Source of the DNA: Dehalococcoidia bacterium
GTDB lineage: Bacteria; Chloroflexota; Dehalococcoidia; Lucifugimonadales; CAUZJF01
Assembly (NCBI GenBank): GCA_965197985.1
Contig: CBDAOG010000008.1
Span: 1,224,310 to 1,288,309 of the forward strand
Length of the DNA stretch: 64,000 bases
Reading direction: 5' to 3'
Each line of letters starts with the position of its first letter. Position 1 is the first letter of the stretch. The notes beneath the pieces were generated by a model. The model was not told the origin of the DNA. It was given only the letters and a program-made list of their open reading frames with translations, and ran no database searches. This document shows, piece by piece, positions 1 to 9,393 of this stretch. Position numbers and translations under genes: made by a program.

Positions 1-400
1 GATCAAGGCGGGCGATGTGCTGGTGCTCCGCTACGAGGGGCCCAAAGGCGGACCCGGCATGCAGGAGATGCTCTCGGTAACCGGCGCCATATCCGGACGG
101 GGCCTCGGTGAGAGCGTGCTGCTTATGACGGACGGGCGGTTCTCCGGCGCCACGAGAGGCGCCTCCATAGGGCACGTTGCACCGGAAGCGGCGGTTGGTG
201 GCCCCATCGCCCTGGTCGAGGACGGCGACACCATCGTCATGGACGTCGAACGACGAGAGCTAAGCGTTAAAGTCCCGGACGAAGAGCTAGAAAGGCGCCG
301 TAAGCAGTGGAAGGCGCCGGCACCCAACTACGACTCCGGGGTCATGGCCAAGTACGCCAAGCTGGTCTCGACGGCCTCCCGAGGGGCAGTGACGACGTAG
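1..400 (+). CDS. ilvD: Dihydroxy-acid dehydratase, C-terminal part (5' end outside window)
   Basis: Motifs [42 protein letters not shown]. Confidence 0.93.
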   Translation, partial: IKAGDVLVLRYEGPKGGPGMQEMLSVTGAISGRGLGESVLLMTDGRFSGATRGASIGHVAPEAAVGGPIALVEDGDTIVMDVERRELSVKVPDEELERRRKQWKAPAPNYDSGVMAKYAKLVSTASRGAVTT

Positions 401-413
401 GCGGCAGGTGTAC

Positions 414-531
414 GGTCGGCCGCGATACGGCGGGCGGTCACATAGGACCGCCCCTACGCACCGGTGGCGTAGTGCTGGCCGGATGTCGTAGGGGCAGACC
501 TGTGTCTGCCCGCATACCGCGGTCGCGACCG
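414..531. repeat. Inverted doublet of GTAG-type REP palindromes (REPIN-like)
   Basis: gggcggtcacataggaccgcccctac (432-457) and gtaggggcagacctgtgtctgccc (488-511) in opposite orientation; flanks also partly complementary. Confidence 0.7.
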
Positions 532-548
532 TTCAGGCAACTAACTTT

Positions 549-709
549 GATTCTCTCGTAAAAAATCTGTGCAGGTCGAATTAGAACAACCGTACCCTTG
601 CCTGGGTACAATATACAGTCTCTGTTCCGTGTCCTACCCCAACATACGGTAGCGCTCACATGTGCTAAAGCGCTGGAACTTCCTCAAAACGGGTTTTTAC
701 GAGGGAATC
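549..709. mobile_element. 161-bp MITE, copy 1
   Basis: TIR gattctctcgtaaaaa / tttttacgagggaatc (15/16 match); 6-bp direct repeat aacttt at 543-548 and 710-715; second full copy at 52629. Confidence 0.9.
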
Positions 710-743
710 AACTTTGAATGGAATCCCTAGAGGAGCCAAACAC

Positions 744-1826
744 ATGAGCGACGGACCCGCAATCAAAAACGTGCCCTTCGCGGCCGGCGTCGTCGGAAGC
801 CTGCCGCGGCCGCAGCCGGTCAGGGACATGCTGCCGGAAACGCCAGGCGCCGAGTCGGTCGCGGCGACGCGGACGCCGCAGATGGACGCGGCCGTCCGGT
901 ACGCTATCGCCGTGCAGGAGACGGCGGGCCTCGACCTGATCAGCGACGGCGAGTGGCGTCGCCACGCGTACACCCACATCATCGCCGACATCGCCGACGG
1001 GTTCTCCGAAGACACGCGAACCGAGCCGCGTCGGTGGGGCATAACCGTTACGGAGCCTCTCGAGGTGACGCGGCCGGGCCTTATCGCCCAGGAGGCCAGC
1101 TTCCTGGTGTCGTCAACGGACAAGGCGACCAAGGTATGTATGCCGTCGCCCTACCTGCTTGGCGAGCGTCTCTGGGAGAAGGAGCTGTCGAGCAAGGCCT
1201 ACCCGACGAGAGACTTGTTTATCGACGCGCTGGTCCCCATCCTTCGCGACGAGCTTCTGGCGCTTCGGGACACGAGCGTCTCAGTGGTCCAGATCGACGA
1301 GCCGCACCTGTGCGTTCTGGTCGACCCCAAGGTGCGCGCTTCCTTCGACGACCCGCAGTACGAGATGGACCTGGCGGCCGACAAGATCAACGAGATAATC
1401 GACGGGGTCGATGGCGTTCGGCTGGCGCTGCACCTGTGCCGGCGTCACTGGGGTCGACAAGGCTGGGGCGCCGAAGGGGGCTACGAGCCCATCATAGACA
1501 CGATGAAAAAGATAAAGGTCGACCAGTACGTGATGGAGTTCAGCATCCCAGTAACCGGGGACGTCGCCATCCTGAAAGAGCTCCCCGAGGACGCGCTGAT
1601 CGGCCTGGGCTGCGTCGAGTGCCGCTTCGAGGACATCGATACACCCGAGCAGATCGTCGCCAGGGTCGAAGAGGCGATGAAGTACGTCGACAAAGAGCGC
1701 CTGAGCCTCAACCCCGACTGCGGATTCGCGCCAGGCCTCAAGATCGAGGCGCCGCTGGAAGAGTCGTACGCCAAGCTCCGCAACGAGGCCGAAGCCGCCC
1801 GTCGCCTCAGGGAGATGTACGCGTAG
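744..1826 (+). CDS. Cobalamin-independent methionine synthase II (Meth_synt_2) family protein
   Basis: VGSLPRP, QETAGLDLISDGEWRR, QIDEP, HLC and NPDCGF zinc ligands; RBS gaggag before ATG 744. Confidence 0.85.
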   Translation: MSDGPAIKNVPFAAGVVGSLPRPQPVRDMLPETPGAESVAATRTPQMDAAVRYAIAVQETAGLDLISDGEWRRHAYTHIIADIADGFSEDTRTEPRRWGITVTEPLEVTRPGLIAQEASFLVSSTDKATKVCMPSPYLLGERLWEKELSSKAYPTRDLFIDALVPILRDELLALRDTSVSVVQIDEPHLCVLVDPKVRASFDDPQYEMDLAADKINEIIDGVDGVRLALHLCRRHWGRQGWGAEGGYEPIIDTMKKIKVDQYVMEFSIPVTGDVAILKELPEDALIGLGCVECRFEDIDTPEQIVARVEEAMKYVDKERLSLNPDCGFAPGLKIEAPLEESYAKLRNEAEAARRLREMYA

Positions 1827-1838
1827 GGGTCCGTAGCG

Positions 1839-2546
1839 TCACTGGGCGTTCGCCGGCTCCACGATCATCTTGATGACCGAGATCAGGTCCGGTGCCTGAC
1901 GGTTTACCCTGTCGTCCTCCCGTCGTACAAGGACCGCTGGAATCCCGACGGCCTCCGCCCCCAACACATCTGCATCGGGGTTATCGCCGACCATCCAGAT
2001 GTTTTTGGGATAGCCAGTTTGTTCCTTCGCGATGGCAAATGCTTCGGGGTGCGGCTTTTCATAGCCGATCAGCGCCGACGTGAACACCTGCTCTATGAGT
2101 CCACCAAGCCCGACTCCAGTTACAATCGACTCAAGCTCGGGCACATGATTCGACAAAACAACATTGCGCCATCCGCTGGCAGCCACAACTTCGAGGGTCT
2201 CGCGCGTGTCCTCGAACGCATGGAAGCTCGAAGGATCAAGGAATCTACGCCTGGTCGCTTGGGCAAGCTTCACAGAGCTTTCGTCGTCGAAACCCAAACG
2301 TCTCATACATTTGGTCAGCAGTCCGACAACGTGCGCCCACCAGGCGTTGGGCGTCGAGAGGTGCGGGTGAGGCATTTGAGGCTGGTGCCAGGGGAATCCG
2401 TCGCGAATTAGAGGGCGAACGTCTTCTTCATCGATGCCGTGGCACGGGGTAAACTCGTCGAGCGCTTCAACAATGGCGCCGACCCACTTGCCGGGTCGAT
2501 ACGCCAGTGTTCCATCGAAGTCCCAAAGCACCACACGGTCCATCAT
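1839..2546 (-). CDS. HAD-superfamily hydrolase
   Basis: DFDGTL, SN, EKPHP and MVGDNPDAD motifs. Confidence 0.85.
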   Translation of the reverse strand: MMDRVVLWDFDGTLAYRPGKWVGAIVEALDEFTPCHGIDEEDVRPLIRDGFPWHQPQMPHPHLSTPNAWWAHVVGLLTKCMRRLGFDDESSVKLAQATRRRFLDPSSFHAFEDTRETLEVVAASGWRNVVLSNHVPELESIVTGVGLGGLIEQVFTSALIGYEKPHPEAFAIAKEQTGYPKNIWMVGDNPDADVLGAEAVGIPAVLVRREDDRVNRQAPDLISVIKMIVEPANAQ

Positions 2547-2738
2547 AAGGACTCCGCGACATCCAAAGACATTAGCCTTGGAATAGTAAACCCGTTTTGA
2601 CGTCTACTTCAAATTGAGCTGGTTTCGGAACGCGCGTCCTCAGCCGATGGGCTTTCGTACCGCTTCTTGACGCCGTTGCCCCAAACTGTGACGCCGCCTT
2701 TCCCAACGACCTGCAGCTTGCCTTCATTGGCCACTAAC

Positions 2739-4449
2739 CCCGAATCCACCGAGGGAGGGCGTCGGGTTAGCATCCTGAAGTGGCCAGAGGGTGCTCTTCT
2801 GAATCTGGGATAATGGTTTTGTAACAGCAAAACAGTCCCAGAGAAGGAGCACCCAATAGATGCTACCACGCAACCAGCCCGACCGTATCCGTATCGTCTT
2901 TGACGATCACCGCCTGGTGGCCAATGCCGGTCTGCTCCTGCCGGCCACCCTCGCCCGGCATCTGGGCCTGCGGGAACTCGTTGACCATCACCTTGACCTG
3001 GGCGGCGCGCCGGGGCGGGCCAACACCGGAGACAAGCTGATGACCCTGGTGGCCTCAGCCATGGCTGGCGGCGACTGCATCGACGACGCTGATGTGTTGC
3101 GCACCGGGGGGACGGCATGCACCCTGGGCGGCACGGTCAAGGCGCCATCCACCCTGGGCACCTTCCTGCGCAGCTTCCGGTGGGGCCACGTCCGCCAGCT
3201 GGACCGGGTGAGCCGGGAGCTGCTGGCCCGGGCCTGGGCCGCTGGGGCCGGACCCGGCGACGCGCCGTTCACCATCGACCTCGATTCCACCATCTGCGAG
3301 ACCTACGGACTGGCCAAGGAGGGCGCCCGCCACCACGGCTATACCGGCAAGCGGGGCTACCACCCACTGCTGGCCATCGCCGCCGGCACCGGAGACGTGC
3401 TGATGTCCCGGCTGCGCGAGGGCCGGGCCAACACCGCCCGCGGCGCCGCCCACTTCCTGCGGGAGACGGTGGGACGGGTGCGCTACGCCGGGGCCAACGG
3501 ACGACTCACGCTACGGGCCGACAGCGGGTTCTACACTCATGGCGTGGTATCCGTCTGCCGCAAGATGGATGTCCGCTTCTCCATCACCATCCGCCAGCAT
3601 AAAAGCCTGCACAATCTCATCGAGGCGATACCCGAAGATGCCTGGACGCCGATTCCTTACTGGATGGACGGCGCCGCCGATGTGGCCGAGACCACCTGCA
3701 CTCCCTTCCAGAGTGAACCTGACGCCGCGCCGGTGCGGCTCATCGTCCGGCGTGTGAAGCCCACGCCCGGTTCCCAGCTGGCCCTCTTCGCCACCTACAG
3801 CTATCACGGCTTCATCACCGACCGGGACGGGGAGATGCTCGAACTGGAGGCCGACCATCGCCGCCACGCCGAGATCGAGAATGCCATCCGAGACCTCAAG
3901 CACGGTGTGGGGTTGAACCATCTCCCCTCGGGCCGCTTCGCCGCCAACGCCGCCTGGCTGGCGGTACAGGTGATGGCCCACAACATCGCCCGCTGGACAG
4001 CGCGCATCGGTCTGGGCGAGCAGGTGGTGACCACCAAGACCCTCCGGCGGCGGTTCTTCTCCCTGGCCGGACGGATCACCCGCTCGGCGCGCCGCCTCAC
4101 ACTGCATCTGCCACAGCGCTGGCCTTGGGAAGCCCAGTTCGATCGTGCCCTGGCCCGATTGCGCGCCCTGCCACTCCCTGCCTGACGGCGGCGGCGGCAA
4201 CCGGCCGCCATCCGGCCAACCGAACGTCCCCGCGAACTCGCGCCAGTCCGGTCTGCGAGTGCCTCTTGCTGTGTCCTCTCCCCGCTATCTCGCCCTGACC
4301 AACATTCGCAGACGGTCACAAAGTCTCCCCGCGGCAACTGAAGACAAACACCGGCCCCCCTCTACCCCAAATCGTGCCCGGACCATCGCCCTCCCTTGCC
4401 CCTATCGCCCGTTCCGCTGCTGCATAGTCATCCCTTCGGTGGATTTGGG
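2739..4449 (+). mobile_element. IS1380-family element, copy 1 (1711 bp)
   Basis: IRs cccgaatccaccga / tcggtggatttggg; 5-bp TSD ctaac (2734-2738, 4450-4454). Confidence 0.93.
2860..4185 (+). CDS. IS1380-family DDE transposase
   Basis: 441 aa; TIDLDST, GYHPLL, RADSGFY, RRHAEIENAIRDLK. Confidence 0.92.
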   Translation: MLPRNQPDRIRIVFDDHRLVANAGLLLPATLARHLGLRELVDHHLDLGGAPGRANTGDKLMTLVASAMAGGDCIDDADVLRTGGTACTLGGTVKAPSTLGTFLRSFRWGHVRQLDRVSRELLARAWAAGAGPGDAPFTIDLDSTICETYGLAKEGARHHGYTGKRGYHPLLAIAAGTGDVLMSRLREGRANTARGAAHFLRETVGRVRYAGANGRLTLRADSGFYTHGVVSVCRKMDVRFSITIRQHKSLHNLIEAIPEDAWTPIPYWMDGAADVAETTCTPFQSEPDAAPVRLIVRRVKPTPGSQLALFATYSYHGFITDRDGEMLELEADHRRHAEIENAIRDLKHGVGLNHLPSGRFAANAAWLAVQVMAHNIARWTARIGLGEQVVTTKTLRRRFFSLAGRITRSARRLTLHLPQRWPWEAQFDRALARLRALPLPA

Positions 4450-4612
4450 CTAACGCTGTGTGGCCTTCAACACCGACGAACGTCGGGCGAGTGAAGCTGA
4501 TCGCTCTAAACACCGCGATCAACCAAGCAGGCGGATCGTCGAAGTGAGGAACGATCACGGTCCCAGGTATCGCGTTGAACCCTGGGGCCCAACGAAACGG
4601 CGGCGGCTTTAG

Positions 4613-6323
4613 CCCGAATCCACCGAGGGAGGGCGTCGGGTTAGCATCCTGAAGTGGCCAGAGGGTGCTCTTCTGAATCTGGGATAATGGTTTTGTAACA
4701 GCAAAACAGTCCCAGAGAAGGAGCACCCAATAGATGCTACCACGCAACCAGCCCGACCGTATCCGTATCGTCTTTGACGATCACCGCCTGGTGGCCAATG
4801 CCGGTCTGCTCCTGCCGGCCACCCTCGCCCGGCATCTGGGCCTGCGGGAACTCGTTGACCATCACCTTGACCTGGGCGGCGCGCCGGGGCGGGCCAACAC
4901 CGGAGACAAGCTGATGACCCTGGTGGCCTCAGCCATGGCTGGCGGCGACTGCATCGACGACGCTGATGTGTTGCGCACCGGGGGGACGGCCTGCACCCTG
5001 GGCGGCACGGTCAAGGCGCCATCCACCCTGGGCACCTTCCTGCGCAGCTTCCGGTGGGGCCACGTCCGCCAGCTGGACCGGGTGAGCCGGGAGCTGCTGG
5101 CCCGGGCCTGGGCCGCTAGGGCCGGACCCGGCGACGCGCCGTTCACCATCGACCTCGATTCCACCATCTGCGAGACCTACGGACTGGCCAAGGAGGGCGC
5201 CCGCCACCACGGCTATACCGGCAAGCGGGGCTACCACCCACTGCTGGCCATCGCCGCCGGCACCGGAGACGTGCTGATGTCCCGGCTGCGCGAGGGCCGG
5301 GCCAACACCGCCCGCGGCGCCGCCCACTTCCTGCGGGAGACGGTGGGACGGGTGCGCTACGCCGGGGCCAACGGACGACTCACGCTACGGGCCGACAGCG
5401 GGTTCTACACTCATGGCGTGGTATCCGTCTGCCGCAAGATGGATGTCCGCTTCTCCATCACCATCCGCCAGCATAAAAGCCTGCACAATCTCATCGAGGC
5501 GATACCCGAAGATGCCTGGACGCCGATTCCTTACTGGATGGACGGCGCCGCCGATGTGGCCGAGACCACCTGCACTCCCTTCCAGAGTGAACCTGACGCC
5601 GCGCCGGTGCGGCTCATCGTCCGGCGTGTGAAGCCCACGCCCGGTTCCCAGCTGGCCCTCTTCGCCACCTACAGCTATCACGGCTTCATCACCGACCGGG
5701 ACGGGGAGATGCTCGAACTGGAGGCCGACCATCGCCGCCACGCCGAGATCGAGAATGCCATCCGAGACCTCAAGCACGGTGTGGGGTTGAACCATCTCCC
5801 CTCGGGCCGCTTCGCCGCCAACGCCGCCTGGCTGGCGGTACAGGTGATAGCCCACAACATCGCCCGCTGGACAGCGCGCATCGGTCTGGGCGAGCAGGTG
5901 GTGACCACCAAGACCCTCCGGCGGCGGTTCTTCTCCCTGGCCGGACGGATCACCCGCTCGGCGCGCCGCCTCACACTGCATCTGCCACAGCGCTGGCCTT
6001 GGGAAGCCCAGTTCGATCGTGCCCTGGCCCGATTGCGCGCCCTGCCACTCCCTGCCTGACGGCGGCGGCGGCAACCGGCCGCCATCCGGCCAACCGAACG
6101 TCCCCGCGAACTCGCGCCAGTCCGGTCTGCGAGTGCCTCTTGCTGTGTCCTCTCCCCGCTATCTCGCCCTGACCAACATTCGCAGACGGTCACAAAGTCT
6201 CCCCGCGGCAACTGAAGACAAACACCGGCCCCCCTCTACCCCAAATCGTGCCCGGACCATCGCCCTCCCTTGCCCCTATCGCCCGTTCCGCTGCTGCATA
6301 GTCATCCCTTCGGTGGATTTGGG
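4613..6323 (+). mobile_element. IS1380-family element, copy 2 (1711 bp)
   Basis: Near-identical to copy 1; 5-bp TSD tttag (4608-4612, 6324-6328). Confidence 0.93.
4734..6059 (+). CDS. IS1380-family DDE transposase
   Basis: 441 aa; two substitutions versus copy 1. Confidence 0.92.
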   Translation: MLPRNQPDRIRIVFDDHRLVANAGLLLPATLARHLGLRELVDHHLDLGGAPGRANTGDKLMTLVASAMAGGDCIDDADVLRTGGTACTLGGTVKAPSTLGTFLRSFRWGHVRQLDRVSRELLARAWAARAGPGDAPFTIDLDSTICETYGLAKEGARHHGYTGKRGYHPLLAIAAGTGDVLMSRLREGRANTARGAAHFLRETVGRVRYAGANGRLTLRADSGFYTHGVVSVCRKMDVRFSITIRQHKSLHNLIEAIPEDAWTPIPYWMDGAADVAETTCTPFQSEPDAAPVRLIVRRVKPTPGSQLALFATYSYHGFITDRDGEMLELEADHRRHAEIENAIRDLKHGVGLNHLPSGRFAANAAWLAVQVIAHNIARWTARIGLGEQVVTTKTLRRRFFSLAGRITRSARRLTLHLPQRWPWEAQFDRALARLRALPLPA

Positions 6324-6779
6324 TTTAGACTGGCGATCTGCTCGCCCCAGATCATGGCGCCGGCGCTACAGCCGGCGACGACTCCGCCCCTTTCGAGGAC
6401 CCCGGAGATTGCCGCCCAGGCCCGCGTACCTTCGAGGGTCCGGTACAGGTAGCCTGGATCGCCACCGGACAGGTACACGAAGTTGGCCTCGTCGATGCGC
6501 TGTGCCAGGGACTCGTCCATGGCGGTGGCCCGGTCGATCACCTCGACGGCCTTACACTCGGCGCCGAGGCGAGTGAAGTGCTTGACGCCGAGCTCGGACC
6601 AGTAGGTGATCCGCTCCCGGCGTTCTTTGCCTGCGGCCGTCGGCATGCACACGACGCGCGCCGGGGACGGTAGGCGTTCGAGGAGGAACCTGTCCACGGG
6701 GTCCATCTCGGGCGTATATTCGCCGCTTCCAACCAGGGCCAACGTCCCCTGGTTGGTTGGAGTCAGACGCTCCAACGCC

Positions 6780-7145
6780 CTACTCCACGATCGAACTAAT
6801 GGCCAGGTGTGTCAGCCAGCCGTCGCTCTCGTTGATGAACCGGTGTTGAGTCTTGGGCGGCACGTGAATGGCGTCGCCGGCCTTGACCTTATGCACCTCG
6901 CCGTCCAGTTCGACATCGGCTTCGCCTTCGATGACGTAGAAGACGTGCTCCTTGGCCTCGTGCGAGTGGGCCGGCTCCGACTTGCCGGCCTGGAGCATCC
7001 GGTAAGTCAGGCTGTGGAAGCCCTCGAGCGGCGCTTCCTGGATCGTTTTGGCCGGGTTATATCCCTTCTCGGCGAATATAGTCCAGCCCACGGCGCCGTG
7101 GTTGTTTCTGGGCTCCTCGTCCTGCCAGCTACGTATCTGCGCCAT
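6780..7145 (-). CDS. Cupin-domain protein (monocupin)
   Basis: HSH-x3-EHVFYVIEG and GDAIHVPP-x3-H motifs. Confidence 0.85.
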   Translation of the reverse strand: MAQIRSWQDEEPRNNHGAVGWTIFAEKGYNPAKTIQEAPLEGFHSLTYRMLQAGKSEPAHSHEAKEHVFYVIEGEADVELDGEVHKVKAGDAIHVPPKTQHRFINESDGWLTHLAISSIVE

Positions 7146-7155
7146 GTAGTCCTCC

Positions 7156-7893
7156 TTACGGCAACGCGGCGCTGATGATCAGGTGCTCCAGCCAGTCGTC
7201 GGTGTCGTTGATGAGTCCGTGCTCGACCTTGGCCGGGCCGTAGACGGCGTCCCCAGGTCCGACGTTGACGGTCTCGTCTCCGACGATCATCTTTCCGTGC
7301 CCTTCGGTGAAGTAGTAGACCTGCTCCTTCTCGGCGTGGGTGTGGGTCCCCGTCTGGAGCCCAGGTTGGAGGCGGTGGAGTGTGAAGTTCGTGATCTCCT
7401 TCAGGGGCGCCTCGTTGAAGGTCTTGCCCTCGGTGCCTTCTTTAGTGAATATGCTCCACAGAAGCGCCGCTCCATGCGATATGTGGGGTGTCGAGTCCAG
7501 CCAGTTACGCTGAGCGACCTCAGCCGTCTCGCTGGCGTTGCCGTTGATAATCAGGTGCTCGATCCACTCGTCGCTGTCGTTGATAAGCTGGTGGCGCTTT
7601 TCGATAGGCGCGCAGATGGCGTCGCCCTGCTTCACGCTGTACAGCTTGTCGTCGATGTTCATCTTGCCGCGGCCCTTGGTGAAGTAGTAGACCTGCTCCT
7701 TGTCCGAGTGGATGTGGTAGTCGCCACTCTTGCCCGGCTGCATTCGGTGCAGCGTTAGGGCGATGAAGCCCTCCAGAGGCGCCTCGTCGGGCGTCTTGCC
7801 TTCGGTCCCCTTCGAGCCGAAGATCGACCAAACGATGGCCGTCTCGTGAGAAACGACCGGCACTATGTTCTTCCAGTTCCTAATCGCGACCAT
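7156..7893 (-). CDS. Cupin-domain protein (bicupin)
   Basis: Two HxH-x3-EQVYYF repeats; RBS aggagg before ATG 7893. Confidence 0.85.
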   Translation of the reverse strand: MVAIRNWKNIVPVVSHETAIVWSIFGSKGTEGKTPDEAPLEGFIALTLHRMQPGKSGDYHIHSDKEQVYYFTKGRGKMNIDDKLYSVKQGDAICAPIEKRHQLINDSDEWIEHLIINGNASETAEVAQRNWLDSTPHISHGAALLWSIFTKEGTEGKTFNEAPLKEITNFTLHRLQPGLQTGTHTHAEKEQVYYFTEGHGKMIVGDETVNVGPGDAVYGPAKVEHGLINDTDDWLEHLIISAALP

Positions 7894-7916
7894 ACTTACC
7901 TGACCTCCTGAGTGTT

Positions 7917-7992
7917 TAACCACAGATAACACGGAGATCACAGAGGTTTTTGATAGTCCTTAACTCCGTGATCTTTGTGGGCTCTGTGGCGA
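7917..7992. repeat. Imperfect inverted repeat of the CCACAGA-CACGGAG type between serS and the cupin genes
   Basis: ccacagataacacggagatcacagag ... ctccgtgatctttgtgggctctgtgg. Confidence 0.55.
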
Positions 7993-7997
7993 ATTTC

Positions 7998-9257
7998 CTA
8001 ACCTATGCGGTCGAAGCCCGTGTAGGGCTGGAGCACCTCGGGGATATAGATAGACCCGTCGGCCTGCTGGTAGTTCTCGAGAACCGCGATAACGACCCTC
8101 GGGAGACCGAGGCCAGAGCCGTTGAGCGTGTGGACGAACCGGGGTCGGGATTCCGGCTCCGGCCGGTAACGGATGTTGGCTCGCCGGGCCTGAAAGTCGG
8201 TGCAGTTGGAGCAGGAGCTGACCTCCAGCCACTCGTCGCTACCGGGCGCCCAAAGCTCCAGGTCGTACGTCTTGACGGCGGCGAACCCGAGATCGCCGGT
8301 GCATAGCTGCAAGATGCGGTACGGGATGCCCAGACGCGCACATACGTCTTCCGCGTCAGCGACCAGCTTCTGCAGCTCAGTGTCGGACTGCTCCGGATCC
8401 ACGAACTTGAACATCTCGACCTTCTCGAACTGATGGACACGTTTCATGCCCCGCTTGTCCCGGCCGGCGGCGGCCTTCTCCCGCCTGAAGCACGGGCTAT
8501 GAGCCGTGTAGTTCAGGGGAAGGGTCCCCGGTGGCAGTATCTCGTCCCGGTGGAGCCCCGTCAGGGGAACCTCGCTCGTCGGGACCATCCACATGTCGTC
8601 CTCGTCGTCGTGGTACATGTTGTCGGCGAACTTCGGGAGCTGACCGCTGCCGACCATCGTTTCCCTGTTGACGATGAAAGGCAGGTACATCTCCTCGTAG
8701 CCGTGCTCGTTCGACTGGATGTCGAGCATCAAGGAAATGAGAGCGTGCTGAAGCCTGGCGCCTTTGCCCTTGAGCACGTAGAAGCGGGAACCGGACGTCT
8801 TGACCCCGCGTTGAAAGTCGATGATGCCTAGCTTTTCGCCGAGATCCCAGTGGGGCAGCGGCTCGAAGTCGAAGGTGGGCGGCTCGCCCTCGGTGCGCAC
8901 GACGACGTTCTCCGAATCGTCGGCTCCCAGAGGTGTGTCTTCGCTGTGGATGTTAGGAATTGTCAGCAGAAGCGCTTCGAGCTCCTGCTGGGCTTCTCTC
9001 GTCGCGGCCTCGAGGGTCTTGATGCGGGCGCCCACGTCCCTCATCTCGTCGATCATCTCCTGAGGCCGTTCTTTCATCCGGCCCAGCTCGCGGCTCACTT
9101 CGTTGCGTTTGCCGCGCAGCTCATCCGCTTCGGTGACAGCCGTGCGACGGCGTGCGTCCAGCTCCAGGATCCTGTCGACGGGCGGGTCGTCACCCCTGTC
9201 CTGAGTAGCCTTCCGTACGAGCTCGGGATCGTTGCGTATCAGCTCGATACTTAGCAA
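7998..9257 (-). CDS. serS: Serine--tRNA ligase
   Basis: GQLPKF, PTSEVP, CFRRE, RVHQFEKVE, EVSSCSNCTDFQARR, HTLNGSG; probable TTG start at 9257. Confidence 0.96.
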   Translation of the reverse strand: MLSIELIRNDPELVRKATQDRGDDPPVDRILELDARRRTAVTEADELRGKRNEVSRELGRMKERPQEMIDEMRDVGARIKTLEAATREAQQELEALLLTIPNIHSEDTPLGADDSENVVVRTEGEPPTFDFEPLPHWDLGEKLGIIDFQRGVKTSGSRFYVLKGKGARLQHALISLMLDIQSNEHGYEEMYLPFIVNRETMVGSGQLPKFADNMYHDDEDDMWMVPTSEVPLTGLHRDEILPPGTLPLNYTAHSPCFRREKAAAGRDKRGMKRVHQFEKVEMFKFVDPEQSDTELQKLVADAEDVCARLGIPYRILQLCTGDLGFAAVKTYDLELWAPGSDEWLEVSSCSNCTDFQARRANIRYRPEPESRPRFVHTLNGSGLGLPRVVIAVLENYQQADGSIYIPEVLQPYTGFDRIG

Positions 9258-9393
9258 AAGAGTTCCTCGGAGGCTGAATTGTACTCGCAGAGAACGCAAA
9301 GAATCAAAGGGTCGCCAAGCCGTAACACAATAGGATGGATATTGTGTCCGGCTTGTATAATGAGCGCGACGTCCGCCTATAGGAGGGTTTCCT

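Larger units (their letters stand above)
2609..6775 (-). pseudogene. Peptidase S51 / cyanophycinase-like gene split into three pieces by two IS1380 copies
   Basis: Pieces 6324-6775 (PTAA, SGGD, GCSAGAM), 4450-4612 (VIVPHFD, VGVEGHTAL) and 2609-2738 (VANEGKLQVVGKGGV) rejoin in frame once the IS copies and one duplication each are removed. Confidence 0.88.

Noticed and set aside
953-1873. 306-aa Arg-rich ORF and similar long overlaps (34251-35372, 43712-45529)
   Set aside because: They overlap well-supported genes and have no motifs; typical high-GC artefacts.
4019-4453. Antisense and alternate-frame ORFs repeated in each IS1380 copy
   Set aside because: Shadow ORFs of GC-rich transposase DNA; their repetition only reflects IS identity.
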